Positions 42,080-51,974 are shown, counted from the first letter of the stretch. The stretch is DNA of 64,000 bases from an uncultured delta proteobacterium (GCA_963745035.1 CAVUVW010000019.1:64001-128000), one strand, 5' to 3'. Translations and numbers: made by a program. The notes: generated from the letters alone by a model not told the origin.

Positions 42080-43081
42080 ATGGCTTTACCGCAAACTTTC
42101 AAAGCGATGGTAGTATCGGAGACGGCGGAGAAAACTTTTCCGCGCGAGATCCGCGAGCGGGCGCTGAGCGATTTGCCCGCCGGCGAGCTCATCATCGAAG
42201 TCAAATATTCCTCGTTGAATTACAAAGACGCGCTTTCCGCCACCGGCAACAAAGGTGTGACGAGAAAGTATCCGCACACGCCGGGCATCGATGCCGCCGG
42301 TGTCGTCGCCGATTCGACGACTAAATTGTTCACGGTCGGCGATCAGGTTACGGTCACGGGCTTCGACCTCGGCATGAATACCTCCGGGGGCTTCGGCCAG
42401 TACATCAGCGTGCCGGCGCTGTGGGCGACCAAGCTGCCGCAGGGTTTGTCGTTGAAAGACAGCATGAGCCACGGCACCGCCGGTCTCACCGCGGCGCTGT
42501 GCATCATCCGCTTGATGGCCAGCGGCTTAACCAAGGAATCAGGCGAAGTGCTCGTTACGGGCGCGACGGGCGGAGTCGGCAGCGTGGCGCTCGCGATTCT
42601 CGCAAAATTAGGTTTCAACGTCGTCGCGGCTACAGGCAAAGCGAGCGAGCATGATTTTCTTACGAAGCTTGGCGCCAAGGCGATCATTTCACGCGAAGAA
42701 GCCAACGACACGTCGGGACGCCCGCTGCAAAAGCCGCGCTGGGCCGGAGTAGTCGACACGGTCGGCGGAAATATTCTCGCCACCGCGCTCAAAACGACCA
42801 AGTACGGCGGCTTGGTCACGGCCTGCGGCAACGCCATGTCGCACGAGCTCAACGTCAACGTGTTTCCTTTCATCCTGCGTGGCGTGAGCTTGCTCGGCGT
42901 CGATTCCGTCGAAATCCCGATGCGCGCGCGCCAGATGGCGTGGAGCAAGCTCGCCGGCGAATGGAGCATCGACGTAGGCAGCCTGGTCACCGAAGTGTCG
43001 CTCGAGCAGTTGAATCCGAAGATCGACGAGATCCTCAAGGGCGGCATCCGCGGCCGCGTGCTGGTTAATTTGAATAAGTAA
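42080..43081 (+). CDS. acuI: YhdH/YhfP (AcuI-like) acryloyl-CoA reductase, MDR family
   Basis: YSSLNYKDAL, PGIDAAG, TGATGGVGS, PFILRGVSLLGVDSV. Confidence 0.8.
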   Translation: MALPQTFKAMVVSETAEKTFPREIRERALSDLPAGELIIEVKYSSLNYKDALSATGNKGVTRKYPHTPGIDAAGVVADSTTKLFTVGDQVTVTGFDLGMNTSGGFGQYISVPALWATKLPQGLSLKDSMSHGTAGLTAALCIIRLMASGLTKESGEVLVTGATGGVGSVALAILAKLGFNVVAATGKASEHDFLTKLGAKAIISREEANDTSGRPLQKPRWAGVVDTVGGNILATALKTTKYGGLVTACGNAMSHELNVNVFPFILRGVSLLGVDSVEIPMRARQMAWSKLAGEWSIDVGSLVTEVSLEQLNPKIDEILKGGIRGRVLVNLNK

Positions 43082-43107
43082 ACTGTTAGCTCGTTGTTAG
43101 TGTCTTA

Positions 43108-43169
43108 CCCTCGCCCCGTCCGCGGGGAGAGGGCAGGGTGAGGGCGTCCTCATCCCAACCTTCTTCCGG
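43108..43169. repeat. CCCTC..GAGGG palindromic repeat
   Basis: CCCTCGCCCCGTCCGCGGGGAGAGGGCAGGGTGAGGG; related palindrome at 58539-58585. Confidence 0.65.
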
Positions 43170-43195
43170 AGGAGAAGGAGTAGAGAGGAATGTAA

Positions 43196-45604
43196 GTGGT
43201 TCAAGATATCGATACTCACCACGAATCTGCCCTTGGCCATCTACGCGTTGTGGAGCTTGGCGACATTCCGGCTTCCTACGCGACCCGCTGGCTTGCCGAT
43301 CTCGGCGCGGATGTGATCAAGGTCGAGCCGCCCGGGGGCGATCCGAATCGCTCGCTGCCGCCGTTCGCAGGTAATATCGAGCATCCGGAACGCAGCCTCA
43401 CATTCATTCACGCCAACACCAACAAACGCAGCATCGCGTTGGATCTCGAGCGCGAAACGGATCGCGAGACTTTTGCCAAGCTCCTGGCGTCGGCGAATCT
43501 GTTCGTCGAGGCTACGCCGCTTGGCCATTTGGAAAAATTTGGTTTTGACGATCAGCGGCTCCACGATGGCTTTCCATCGCTGGTGATTGTTTCGCTGACA
43601 CCGTTCGGTCGCACCGGGCCGTATCGCTACTACAAAGGCAGCGACGCGATCGCGAATGCGACCGGCGGTTTTCTATTCGGCCAGGGCGATAACACCAAAG
43701 GGCAGTGCACGGCGCCGAGCCATCTGGCTTATCAGGTGGCCGGGGCGATGGCGGCGATGCTGAGTCTTGCCGGCATTCGTCATGCCCGAGAAACCGGCGT
43801 CGGCCAGCGCATCGATATGTCATTGCAGGAAGCGCTGACTTTCACCAACAGCAGCTCGATCGCGCGTTATACGCGGGAGAATCGTCTGGAGCGCCGCCCC
43901 GGCGGAAAGGCGTACGGCGGCGCAGGCACGAACATCTATCGCTGCAAGGACGGCCGCTACGTGCACTTCACCACCAATATGCCGCACATGTGGAAGGAGT
44001 TCGCGCAGAACTGGATGACCGACAAGTCGCTCGCCGGAGCGGAATGGGAGAATCCGCGCTACCGCGATGAGCATGCCGACGAAGTCGCCAAAGCATTCGC
44101 GAATTTTATCGGACAATTCAACGCCGACGATTTTGCCAACGAAGCGCAGGCGCGCCATCTCGCCGCGGCGCCGCTCAATACCATCGGCCAGTTCGTCGAG
44201 TGCGAGCAAAATCGCGTGCGCGAGTGGCTGCAGGAGATCGACCATCCTGTAATCGGCAAATACAAAGCGCCCGGAGCGCCGATGCGCCTCTCGCTCACGC
44301 CGATGCAGGTGCGCCGCGCCGGCGCCGTTGCTCGACCAGCATCGAAAAGAAATTCTTGCCGAGCTCGACAGGATGCCGATTCAGCGGCCGAATCAGCCGG
44401 TCGATGAAGCCCACGTTCGGCAGCCGATGCTCCGCGGCCTGCGCATGGCGGACCTCACGCAGCAGTATGCCGGTCCGCTGGGAACGGCGTTGCTCGGCGT
44501 ATTACGGCATGGAAGTCGTCAAGATCGAAACCGGCACGATTCCCAGCAAAGAACGCGAAGCCGCGGTGCACGCTTGCATGAACCGCGCGAAGCTCGGTTG
44601 CACGCTCAATCTGCGGAACTCCGACGGCAAGGAGCTTTTCAAGAAGCTCGTCGCGAAATCCGACGTGGTCGTCGACAATTTCAGCTCGGGTGTGCTCGAG
44701 CGCTTGGGCTTCGGCTTCGACGTCTTGCAAAAGATCAATCCCGGCATTGTGCAGGCCGTCATGCCGGGATGGGGACTCACGGGTCCGCTCAAATCCTGGG
44801 TTGCTTGGGGCTGGCAGTTGCTCGCGTACACCGGAATCATGCGGCTCTGGGGCTATCCCGATTCGCCCATGGAAACGCGCTGCAAGATTGCCTGGCCCGA
44901 CCGCGTGGGCTCGGTGACCATGGCGCTCGGCGTGCTCGCCGCGCTCGAATATCAGGCCCGCACCGGCAAAGGGCAGTTCATCGAAGCCGGCATGCTCGAA
45001 GCGCAGGGCTCGATGATGGGTCCGGCGATTCTCGATTACACGTGTTAACGGCAACGAATGGGACGCCATGGGTTACCGCGAAATCCTGGGCGAGCCCTAT
45101 GCGCCGTACGGCTGTTATCCGTGCTACGGCGAAGATAACTGGATCATCATCGCCTGCCGCGGCGACGAAGAATGGCAGCGTATGGTGAACATAATCGGCA
45201 AATCATCCTGGGCGGCGGATGCAAAATTTGCGTCCAAAGCGGGCCGCAAAGAACATTGCGACGAGCTCGATCGAAAACTTTCGGAATGGGCACGCAAGTA
45301 TACGGCGAAACAGCTTTTTCGCATGCTCCAGGAGGCGGGCATCGCCGCTGGAATTCCTTCTTCAGGGGAAGACCTCTTTCACGACATTCACCTGCGCGCC
45401 CGTGGTCACGTCGTCGAGACCGAAGCGCAGCCCTGGGGAAAGATCACGCATCACGGTCTCCCGGCCATTCCATCGCTCTCGGAAGCCAGCGCCGCCCGCC
45501 CAGCGCCATGGATCGGCGCGCACAATGACGAGGTGTTTGGGGGGATCTTGGGGCTAAGTGAAGAAAAGATCGAAGAGCTGAAGAAGGCTGAGGCGATCAA
45601 GTAG
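43196..45604 (+). CDS. Class III CoA-transferase with two fused CaiB/BaiF modules (frameshifts at about 44320, 44496, 45042)
   Basis: LADLGADVIKVEPPGGD..NTNKRS first module; LRMADLT..YYGMEVVKIE..DVVVDNFS second module. Confidence 0.85.
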
Positions 45605-45608
45605 GGAA

Positions 45609-46216
45609 AGATTTCTCACATTCGTTCGAAATGACAACAAGGTAAAACGATTTATTGGAGCGAAAGAAATTCCTCACCTGTCATAAGCCTTTCTTGTCAT
45701 TTCGACCAAAGGGAGAAATCTTTCTTCTCTCCTTTGTCGGTGGCTGGCATGCCTGCCGAAAACCGCTACTGCGTCTACGTGATGACTAATTGGAACAATC
45801 GAGTCATGTACGTCGGAGTCACTAACGACTTGGAACGACGCCTTTACGAGCACAAAAACAAGCTCGTTAAGGGATTTACGGAAAAGTACAACGTAAACAA
45901 GCTCGTCTACTTCGAAGAGACGGGTGATGTGCTAAGCGCATTGGCGCGAGAGAAAGAAATCAAGAAATGGCGTAGGCAAAAAAAAGATGCGCTCGTGCGA
46001 AGTGTGAATCCCGAATGGTGGGATTTATCGGAAGAGGGGAAAGATTTCTCGCTTCGCTCGAAATGACAAATTGCTGTTAGGGATGTTGAGGGTCCATAGC
46101 AACGGGGGCTTGATCGCAATTTAACCGCCTAAATGGCGGACGTGTCGTTCACCCGGCGATTTGCCACGTTAAACCGTTCAGCTCATCATTGTCATTTCGA
46201 CCGCAGGGAGAAATCT
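45609..46216. repeat. Four copies of a 27-28-bp palindrome in alternating orientation around the GIY-YIG gene
   Basis: 45609-45636 and 46042-46068 (AGATTTCTC..TCGAAATGACA); 45695-45721 and 46190-46216 (TGTCATTTCGA..GAGAAATCT). Confidence 0.9.
45749..46066 (+). CDS. Stand-alone GIY-YIG nuclease (UPF0213-like)
   Basis: YCVYVM..MYVGVTNDLERRLYEHK..LVYFE..AREKEIKKW..NPEW. Confidence 0.93.
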   Translation: MPAENRYCVYVMTNWNNRVMYVGVTNDLERRLYEHKNKLVKGFTEKYNVNKLVYFEETGDVLSALAREKEIKKWRRQKKDALVRSVNPEWWDLSEEGKDFSLRSK

Positions 46217-46235
46217 TCCTGTAATCCTGCTTTCT

Positions 46236-46670
46236 CTAAGCCGGGCGAAACTTCGGTAGGGTGTACTCCTCGTTATCCTCGTAGACCACTTCCACCGGCA
46301 TGCCAATTTTCACTTGATCAGGCGGGCAGTCGATGACGTTGCTGATAAGGCGCGGGCCTTCGGCGAGGTCGATCAAGGAAACATTATACGGCGTCTTGCC
46401 CTCGTAGGAGGGGTGCCAGGCACGGTTGTAGGTGACGAACGAATAAACTTTTCCCTTGCCGCTGAGCGCCACCCATTCGTAGTCCGATGAAAGACAATGT
46501 GGGCAGGAGCCTTGAGGTGGATACGTAAAGTACTGGTTGCAGGCCTTGCACCGCTGCGCGCTCAGTTTGTGCTCGCGGGTACCGGCCCAGAAGGGCTTGG
46601 CCTCGAGCTCTTCGAGAAACGGCCGAACCTTTCGAACTGCTCTGCCTCGGTTATCGCTGGTCTCGCTCAT
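46236..46670 (-). CDS. DUF35 Zn-ribbon/OB-fold thiolase partner
   Basis: PFW, CKAC..CPHC, GKVYSF, LAEGPRL, IGMPVEV. Confidence 0.9.
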   Translation of the reverse strand: MSETSDNRGRAVRKVRPFLEELEAKPFWAGTREHKLSAQRCKACNQYFTYPPQGSCPHCLSSDYEWVALSGKGKVYSFVTYNRAWHPSYEGKTPYNVSLIDLAEGPRLISNVIDCPPDQVKIGMPVEVVYEDNEEYTLPKFRPA

Positions 46671-47821
46671 TGTACCCCCAAAATTAAGCTTGCGTGCATG
46701 CACAGGCTGCCGCCGTGGCCGCTGACGATTCCTGCTTTGGCATTTTTTACTTGCCGCTCAGGCTCGACTTCGTTGCCGCGTAGTTGACGCACGGCTTCGG
46801 TGACGTGCAGCATGCCTTCGATGTGCGCCTGAGAGAGCAGCCCGCCGTGGGTGTTGACCGGCAGCTCGCCGCCGACCTCGATGCGGCCGTTCTTGACGAA
46901 ATCTTTGCCTTCGCCTTTTTTGCAAAAACCGTAATCCTCCAACGTGATCATCGTCGTGATCGTGAAGCAGTCGTAGATCTCGGCGAAGTTCATGTCCTTG
47001 GGCGCGAGCCCGGCCATCTTATAGGCCGCTTCCGAAGATTTCTTCCCGCCGAGCGTCGTCAGGCTAGGCGCGTCCATTAAGCTGAAATGAGGATGATGCT
47101 GGCCCATGCCGAGAATGGGCACCGGCCGCTTAGGAAAATCCTTCGCGCGCTCGGCGCTGGTGACGATCACCGCGCCGCCGCCGTCGGATTCGAGCGCGCA
47201 ATCGAACAGACGCAGCGGATCGCAGATGTAGCGCGATGCCTGATGATCGGCGATGGTCATAGGCTTGCGCATGGTCGCGTTGTTGTTCATGCATGCGTGC
47301 TTGCGGGTTGCGACGGCCACGTGAGCTAGGTCCTCACTGGTGGTGCCGAACTCGTACATGTGGCGCTGCGCTGCGAACGCATGATTGGCCACCGCGGAGA
47401 AGTGACCCCACGGCTCTTCCCAGTGTTCGTCGCCGTGCCGAATCGGATTTCCCGGTGTCGGATCCGGCGTGCCGCGCTTACGCGCGTGGACGCATAAAAC
47501 GGTCTGCGCCAGGCCCGCTTCGATGGCCATGACCGCGTTCTGCACCATGGCGATGGGCGTCGCGCCACCGAGCGCGAGGTCCGTGGCATAGCTCGGGCTC
47601 ATGCGCGCCATGTTCGCCATACGGACGGCGTAACTTCGGTGCGCATCGTTGAGTGGTTGATTAGTGATAAACCCGTCCACGTCGGATGCCTTGATGGCGG
47701 CATCGTCCAGACAGGCTTTGATGCATTCCAGATGCAGCGAATGCGTGCTGGCGTCGGGCCGTTTTCCGACTTTGGTTTCCGCGACGCCGACGATGGCGTA
47801 TTTGCCGCTAATGTTGCTCAT
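46667..47821 (-). CDS. SCP2-type thiolase-like protein (lacks N-terminal catalytic Cys; Ltp2-like)
   Basis: AIVGVAET, LRLFDC..DGGGA, EIYDCFT, NTHGGLLSQAH; LGGATP at the usual Cys site. Confidence 0.87.
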   Translation of the reverse strand: MSNISGKYAIVGVAETKVGKRPDASTHSLHLECIKACLDDAAIKASDVDGFITNQPLNDAHRSYAVRMANMARMSPSYATDLALGGATPIAMVQNAVMAIEAGLAQTVLCVHARKRGTPDPTPGNPIRHGDEHWEEPWGHFSAVANHAFAAQRHMYEFGTTSEDLAHVAVATRKHACMNNNATMRKPMTIADHQASRYICDPLRLFDCALESDGGGAVIVTSAERAKDFPKRPVPILGMGQHHPHFSLMDAPSLTTLGGKKSSEAAYKMAGLAPKDMNFAEIYDCFTITTMITLEDYGFCKKGEGKDFVKNGRIEVGGELPVNTHGGLLSQAHIEGMLHVTEAVRQLRGNEVEPERQVKNAKAGIVSGHGGSLCMHASLILGVQ

Positions 47822-47838
47822 GGCACCTCCGGGTGAAT

Positions 47839-47917
47839 TGGAGTGATGGAGTATTGGAGTGTTGGAGTATTGGGCCGGAACCCATCACTCCAGCCCTCCA
47901 TCAACTCCAATACTCCA
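47839..47917. repeat. TGGAGTRN palindromic element
   Basis: Four forward and four inverted 8-bp units. Confidence 0.85.
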
Positions 47918-47935
47918 AATGATGGAATTTTCAAA

Positions 47936-48931
47936 CTACCGCGTGGATTGCGCCAGATTTTTGATGAAGCCGGTCTTCTCGAGTTCGGCGATGAAGCTGG
48001 CGTCCATGAACGCTTCGGGCTTGTGGTTCCATACGTCCGGGCGTTGTTGCGCGACGTATTCGTAAGTCGGCTGCAAACCTTGAGTGATCGGATAGGGAGC
48101 GGAGATAAAATCCTTCCGATAAATCTCGTAGGAGCCTTCCAATAGTTCGCGGTCGGTTGTTTTGAGATATTTGCTCAAGACTTTCATGGCGAATTCTTTG
48201 TTGGCTTTCAAAAGATGAATGCCTTCGACGTGCGCCTTCACCATGCGCATCACGCCGTCGCGGTCATCGATCGTGTGCTTGCGCCGCGTGACAATCGACA
48301 TGGAGGGGTAGCTGACTTCCTTCTTGGCATCCCACAATACGCGGTAGCCTTTGCGCTCAGCTTGAACGTCGGCGGGATGGGACAGGTCGGCCGCGTCGAC
48401 TGCGCCGTTGAACAAAGCCTGCAGCCTGTCTGGTTGAGTGCCGATGGCGAGCATGATCATGTCTTTGACCGGATCCATGCCGTGTTTCTTGATGATGTAG
48501 CGCTCGAGAAAATCTCCGAGAGAACCGAAGCCCGAAACGGCGATTCGTTTGCCGCGGAGATCCTCCGGGTTTTTAATATCGGAGCGCACGAGTAATTTGC
48601 TCTGGACCCCGGACACGGTGTGAGCAACGGTGACGAGATCCGCGCCGCTCAAGTTGGCGCCCATCACCGTCGTCAGAGTGCAAGGTGCGCCAAGAATGCT
48701 CCCGCCGATGATCGCCTGCGCCGATTGCCCGGAACCGCGCAGCAGCACCAACTCCGCTTCCATGCCGTATTTCTCGTATAGCTTTGCTTCCTTGGCGATC
48801 CAAGGTACCCACTGCGACGCCGATAAGGACGTCACGCCCCAATGAAATTTCCGTAGTCCCTTCTCTTGGGCTTGTCCGATAGAGGGTACGATCAACAAAG
48901 CAAGCACTAGATACGCGCCAATGCAACTCAT
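47936..48931 (-). CDS. NitT/TauT solute-binding protein
   Basis: PWIAKEAKLYEKYG, DLRGKRIAVSGFGS. Confidence 0.87.
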   Translation of the reverse strand: MSCIGAYLVLALLIVPSIGQAQEKGLRKFHWGVTSLSASQWVPWIAKEAKLYEKYGMEAELVLLRGSGQSAQAIIGGSILGAPCTLTTVMGANLSGADLVTVAHTVSGVQSKLLVRSDIKNPEDLRGKRIAVSGFGSLGDFLERYIIKKHGMDPVKDMIMLAIGTQPDRLQALFNGAVDAADLSHPADVQAERKGYRVLWDAKKEVSYPSMSIVTRRKHTIDDRDGVMRMVKAHVEGIHLLKANKEFAMKVLSKYLKTTDRELLEGSYEIYRKDFISAPYPITQGLQPTYEYVAQQRPDVWNHKPEAFMDASFIAELEKTGFIKNLAQSTR

Positions 48932-48991
48932 TTCGCGGAAACATCCTTCCTCCGTTCTACTGTTGCCTGTTGCCTAATGCCTTTTGCCTTC

Positions 48992-50077
48992 CTAGATATT
49001 GTACAGCCGAGCCGCGTTATCGCACATGAGCTTGCGCAGTTGTGTATCGCTCAGGTCTTTCCGCTCGGTCACCGATGCTACCGTGTGCGGAAATTTGCTG
49101 TCGCCGTGATTGTAGTCGGATGCAAAAACCAACCGATCTTCACCGACGTATTCCATGACGAAGTTCAACGTGTGCTCGTCCGGTTCGAAAGAGTAGTAAA
49201 CCTGCTCGCTGCGCATGTAATCGCTCGGCGGCTTTTTCATCAGCGGCACGGTCGGCTGAAGATACTCGTAGTGTTCATCCAAACGCTCCATCCAGTACGG
49301 CACCCAACCGGCGCCGGCTTCGAGAAAAGCCACTTTCAACTTCGGATAGAGCTCCAGGATGCCGCCGCCGACGATGCACATGACGCCGATCATCTGCTCG
49401 AAGGCATGTGTCGTCGCATGGACGAACAAAGCATTGTCGAAGCGGTCGGCGGCCGCGGCGGGACGGCCGGAACCGACATGAACGCATACGGGAACGCCGA
49501 GTTCCTCTGCCTTGGCGTAGAAGGGATAAAAATCGGGATGATCCAAGTTGCGCCCTGCGGAGTGCGCCGACGTGGCGACGGCGACGAAACCCAATTCTTT
49601 GACGCAGCGCTCCAGTTCCTTCACGGCTTCCTTGGGTTCCTGCATGGCTACCAGCGCCACGCCTTTCAGACGCTTGGGGTTGGTTTTGCAGTAGCTGTCC
49701 AGCCACGTGTTGTAGGCGTGGGCGATGGCGCAGGCGAGATCGTGGTTTTCGAGAAACGGCAGGCTCAAAAACACGGTGGTGCCGAAGTTGACCGCTGTGT
49801 CGATGCCTTCGAGATCCATGTCTTGCAGGCGGCGAACGGGGTCGAACATGCCGGTGGTCTTTTGCGGCCGGCGACTGTACGGCGCCGTACCGATGCCGAG
49901 ACCGGTGCCCGAAGGCTTCGCCCAGATTTTTCCTTCTAAAAGCAGTTGCTCTTTGCCTTCAGGTCCGGTGATCATTTTCGGCGCGTGCTTTCGATAGGGC
50001 GGGTCGAGTAGTTCCTGCCAATCGGCATCCCGCTCCTGCACATGCCCATCGGCGTCGATGATCCGAAGATTGTTCAT
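48992..50077 (-). CDS. Amidohydrolase_2 family protein
   Basis: IIDADGH, DMDLEGID, FLEAGAGW, FASDYNHGD. Confidence 0.9.
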   Translation of the reverse strand: MNNLRIIDADGHVQERDADWQELLDPPYRKHAPKMITGPEGKEQLLLEGKIWAKPSGTGLGIGTAPYSRRPQKTTGMFDPVRRLQDMDLEGIDTAVNFGTTVFLSLPFLENHDLACAIAHAYNTWLDSYCKTNPKRLKGVALVAMQEPKEAVKELERCVKELGFVAVATSAHSAGRNLDHPDFYPFYAKAEELGVPVCVHVGSGRPAAAADRFDNALFVHATTHAFEQMIGVMCIVGGGILELYPKLKVAFLEAGAGWVPYWMERLDEHYEYLQPTVPLMKKPPSDYMRSEQVYYSFEPDEHTLNFVMEYVGEDRLVFASDYNHGDSKFPHTVASVTERKDLSDTQLRKLMCDNAARLYNI

Positions 50078-50149
50078 TCTCTCCTCCTAGACTGAAACGC
50101 GTAGTGTATTAAAACAGAAGAATATTTCACCACGAAGATCACGAAGGAC

Positions 50150-51823
50150 CCAGCGCGGCCGAGCCGCAACCAAAATGACAGATTGGTTTCATTGGTGTAA
50201 ACGGTGCTCATGTCTACGATATACAATGCACCGACGAAAGAGGCTGCGCATGCCTTTGTACAGCGTCACAAAAGCGATGTCATCGGAGTTTTGCACGGTT
50301 GGGATCGATTGCGACTGCAAGGCACGCTTCGAAGTCTCTATTACCAGCCGGTGATGGAAGAGTACCTGAGGCAAGCAGGAGTTTTGTGGAAAGATTTCAA
50401 AATCTTCGCCACCACACTGACGGCTCGTGTGCGCCAAGCGGCAGTGGATCTGGCAGCGAAGCATCAGCGGCCGATGCTTTATCTTAACTCCAGCCGCACA
50501 CGCAAGGAGGACGAGGCTCGCAAGATCCAGCAGCGTGACCAGATTGAGTTGGGGCTGATTGCTGTGTTTAGTTGCGTGGAGCCGTGCCGTACGTGGTTTT
50601 TGCGCGGCAATCGTATTACCCGAAAGCTTGAGCTTAGGCTTGAATGGGGCAAGTGCATCCACCTGTACTTTTACTGGATGCATGAACAATTGGGATTTTT
50701 GCATCTTCGGTTGCAGACTTGGTTTCCTTTTCTGATTCAAATTTGTCTCAACGGACGAGGATGGCTGGCCCGGCAGATGGATCAGACCCAGCTGCGCTAT
50801 CGGCGAGAGGATAACTGTTTTCCGTGGATTGACGATGTCTCGCGCGCCCAAGCACTGATGGATCAGCAACACCGCACCAATTGGCCCGTGCTTTTGCACC
50901 CACTGCTCAAAAAGTGCCACCCTTTGCACGCCGAGATTAGCCGTCCCATTGAGCGTGACTACTACTGGACGGCGGCCGAGACCGAGTACGCCACCGATGT
51001 TATGTTTCGTGACCGGGCCGCGCTCGGACGCATTTATCCCGCCTTGGTGCATCACGCGGTGATGACGTTTGGCAGTGAACAAGTGCTGCGGTTTATGCAC
51101 CGCTCGGGACAGGTGGGTCTCCAAGACGTGCAAAGCGATCGGCGTCGCTGGCCTGACGGCGTCCGAGTCAAGCACTGGGTCAATAAGAACTCGCTTAAAT
51201 GCTATGATAAGGGCAGTGTCTTGCGCGTTGAGGCAACGATCAATGAACCGAGAGATTTTCGCAGCTTTCGCGCCGCGGAGAAAAGTCCTGGCGGCCCTAA
51301 GCGCTGGCGCGAACTGCGCCGCAGCGTATCTGACTTTCACCGACGCTCTGAAGTGAGTCGGAAAGCCACCGAGCGATACCTTACCGCTCTGGCTTGTGTC
51401 CATGTGCAAACCCGGCTCGCCGAGCAAACCGCGCAAGTCTGCCGGCCCGTACGGCGGTACGGACGCCGTTACCGAGCGCTTAATCCTCTGGGAGAAGGCG
51501 ATGCTCAACTCATGACCATCGTCAACCGTGGAGAATTTTCGCTCAACGGGTTTCGCAACCGTGACCTGCGTTCCCATCTCTACCCTGCGATCAAGGACAA
51601 ACAAAAGCAACACACAGAAATGGCGGCAGTGGGACGTCGCTTGCGGCTGTTGCGGGCGCATGGCTTGATTGCAAAAGTGCCCAAAACGCACCGTTACATC
51701 GTTACTGAAAAAGGTCGCAACATCATCACGGCGTTGTTGGCCGCGCGTAACGCAAGCACTGAGAAACTCACAGCTTTGGCCGCGTGATTTGCGCAGATGG
51801 AGAAAATTTTCAAGCATAGTAGT
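50150..51823 (+). mobile_element. Putative unclassified insertion element without TIR or TSD, inserted in a CACGAAG repeat
   Basis: Flanks rejoin to CACGAAG-AT-CACGAAG-GA-C|ACGAAG; single ORF with visibly lower GC than neighbours. Confidence 0.6.
50210..51787 (+). CDS. Uncharacterised 525-aa putative transposase/recombinase with C-terminal winged helix
   Basis: EYATDVMF, KCYDKGSVLRVEATIN, GFRNRDLR, LRLLRAHGLIAKVPKTHRYIVTEKG; very basic. Confidence 0.75.
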   Translation: MSTIYNAPTKEAAHAFVQRHKSDVIGVLHGWDRLRLQGTLRSLYYQPVMEEYLRQAGVLWKDFKIFATTLTARVRQAAVDLAAKHQRPMLYLNSSRTRKEDEARKIQQRDQIELGLIAVFSCVEPCRTWFLRGNRITRKLELRLEWGKCIHLYFYWMHEQLGFLHLRLQTWFPFLIQICLNGRGWLARQMDQTQLRYRREDNCFPWIDDVSRAQALMDQQHRTNWPVLLHPLLKKCHPLHAEISRPIERDYYWTAAETEYATDVMFRDRAALGRIYPALVHHAVMTFGSEQVLRFMHRSGQVGLQDVQSDRRRWPDGVRVKHWVNKNSLKCYDKGSVLRVEATINEPRDFRSFRAAEKSPGGPKRWRELRRSVSDFHRRSEVSRKATERYLTALACVHVQTRLAEQTAQVCRPVRRYGRRYRALNPLGEGDAQLMTIVNRGEFSLNGFRNRDLRSHLYPAIKDKQKQHTEMAAVGRRLRLLRAHGLIAKVPKTHRYIVTEKGRNIITALLAARNASTEKLTALAA

Positions 51824-51919
51824 ACGAAGTCCGGACTCCTTTATTTTCGTGATCTTCGTGTCCTCCTTCAAAAAGTACAGGTGCGGAATGGTAGGAGCTG
51901 GCGGGGAACGGTTGGGTTC

Positions 51920-51947
51920 CGTCATACCCGCGAAAGCGGGTATCCAG
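51920..51947 (+). repeat. CGTC-type REP palindrome
   Basis: CGTCATACCCGCGAAAGCGGGTATCCAG; its inverted partner is split by IS30. Confidence 0.8.
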
Positions 51948-51974
51948 GCTAATTCGCCAGAACAAACCTGGATT

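Noticed and set aside
43196-45604. Programmed frameshifting or pseudogene in the CoA-transferase and prpC
   Set aside because: No slippery heptamer with stimulator seen, no other decay, and similar single-base indels occur across many unrelated genes; sequencing error is more likely.
45749-46066. GIY-YIG as an intron homing endonuclease or UvrC fragment
   Set aside because: No intron structure or interrupted host gene; it is a complete small stand-alone type distinct from the UvrC N-terminus at 323.
50189-51925. 578-aa antisense ORF over the putative transposase
   Set aside because: No recognisable motifs; long shadow ORFs are common throughout this GC-rich window.
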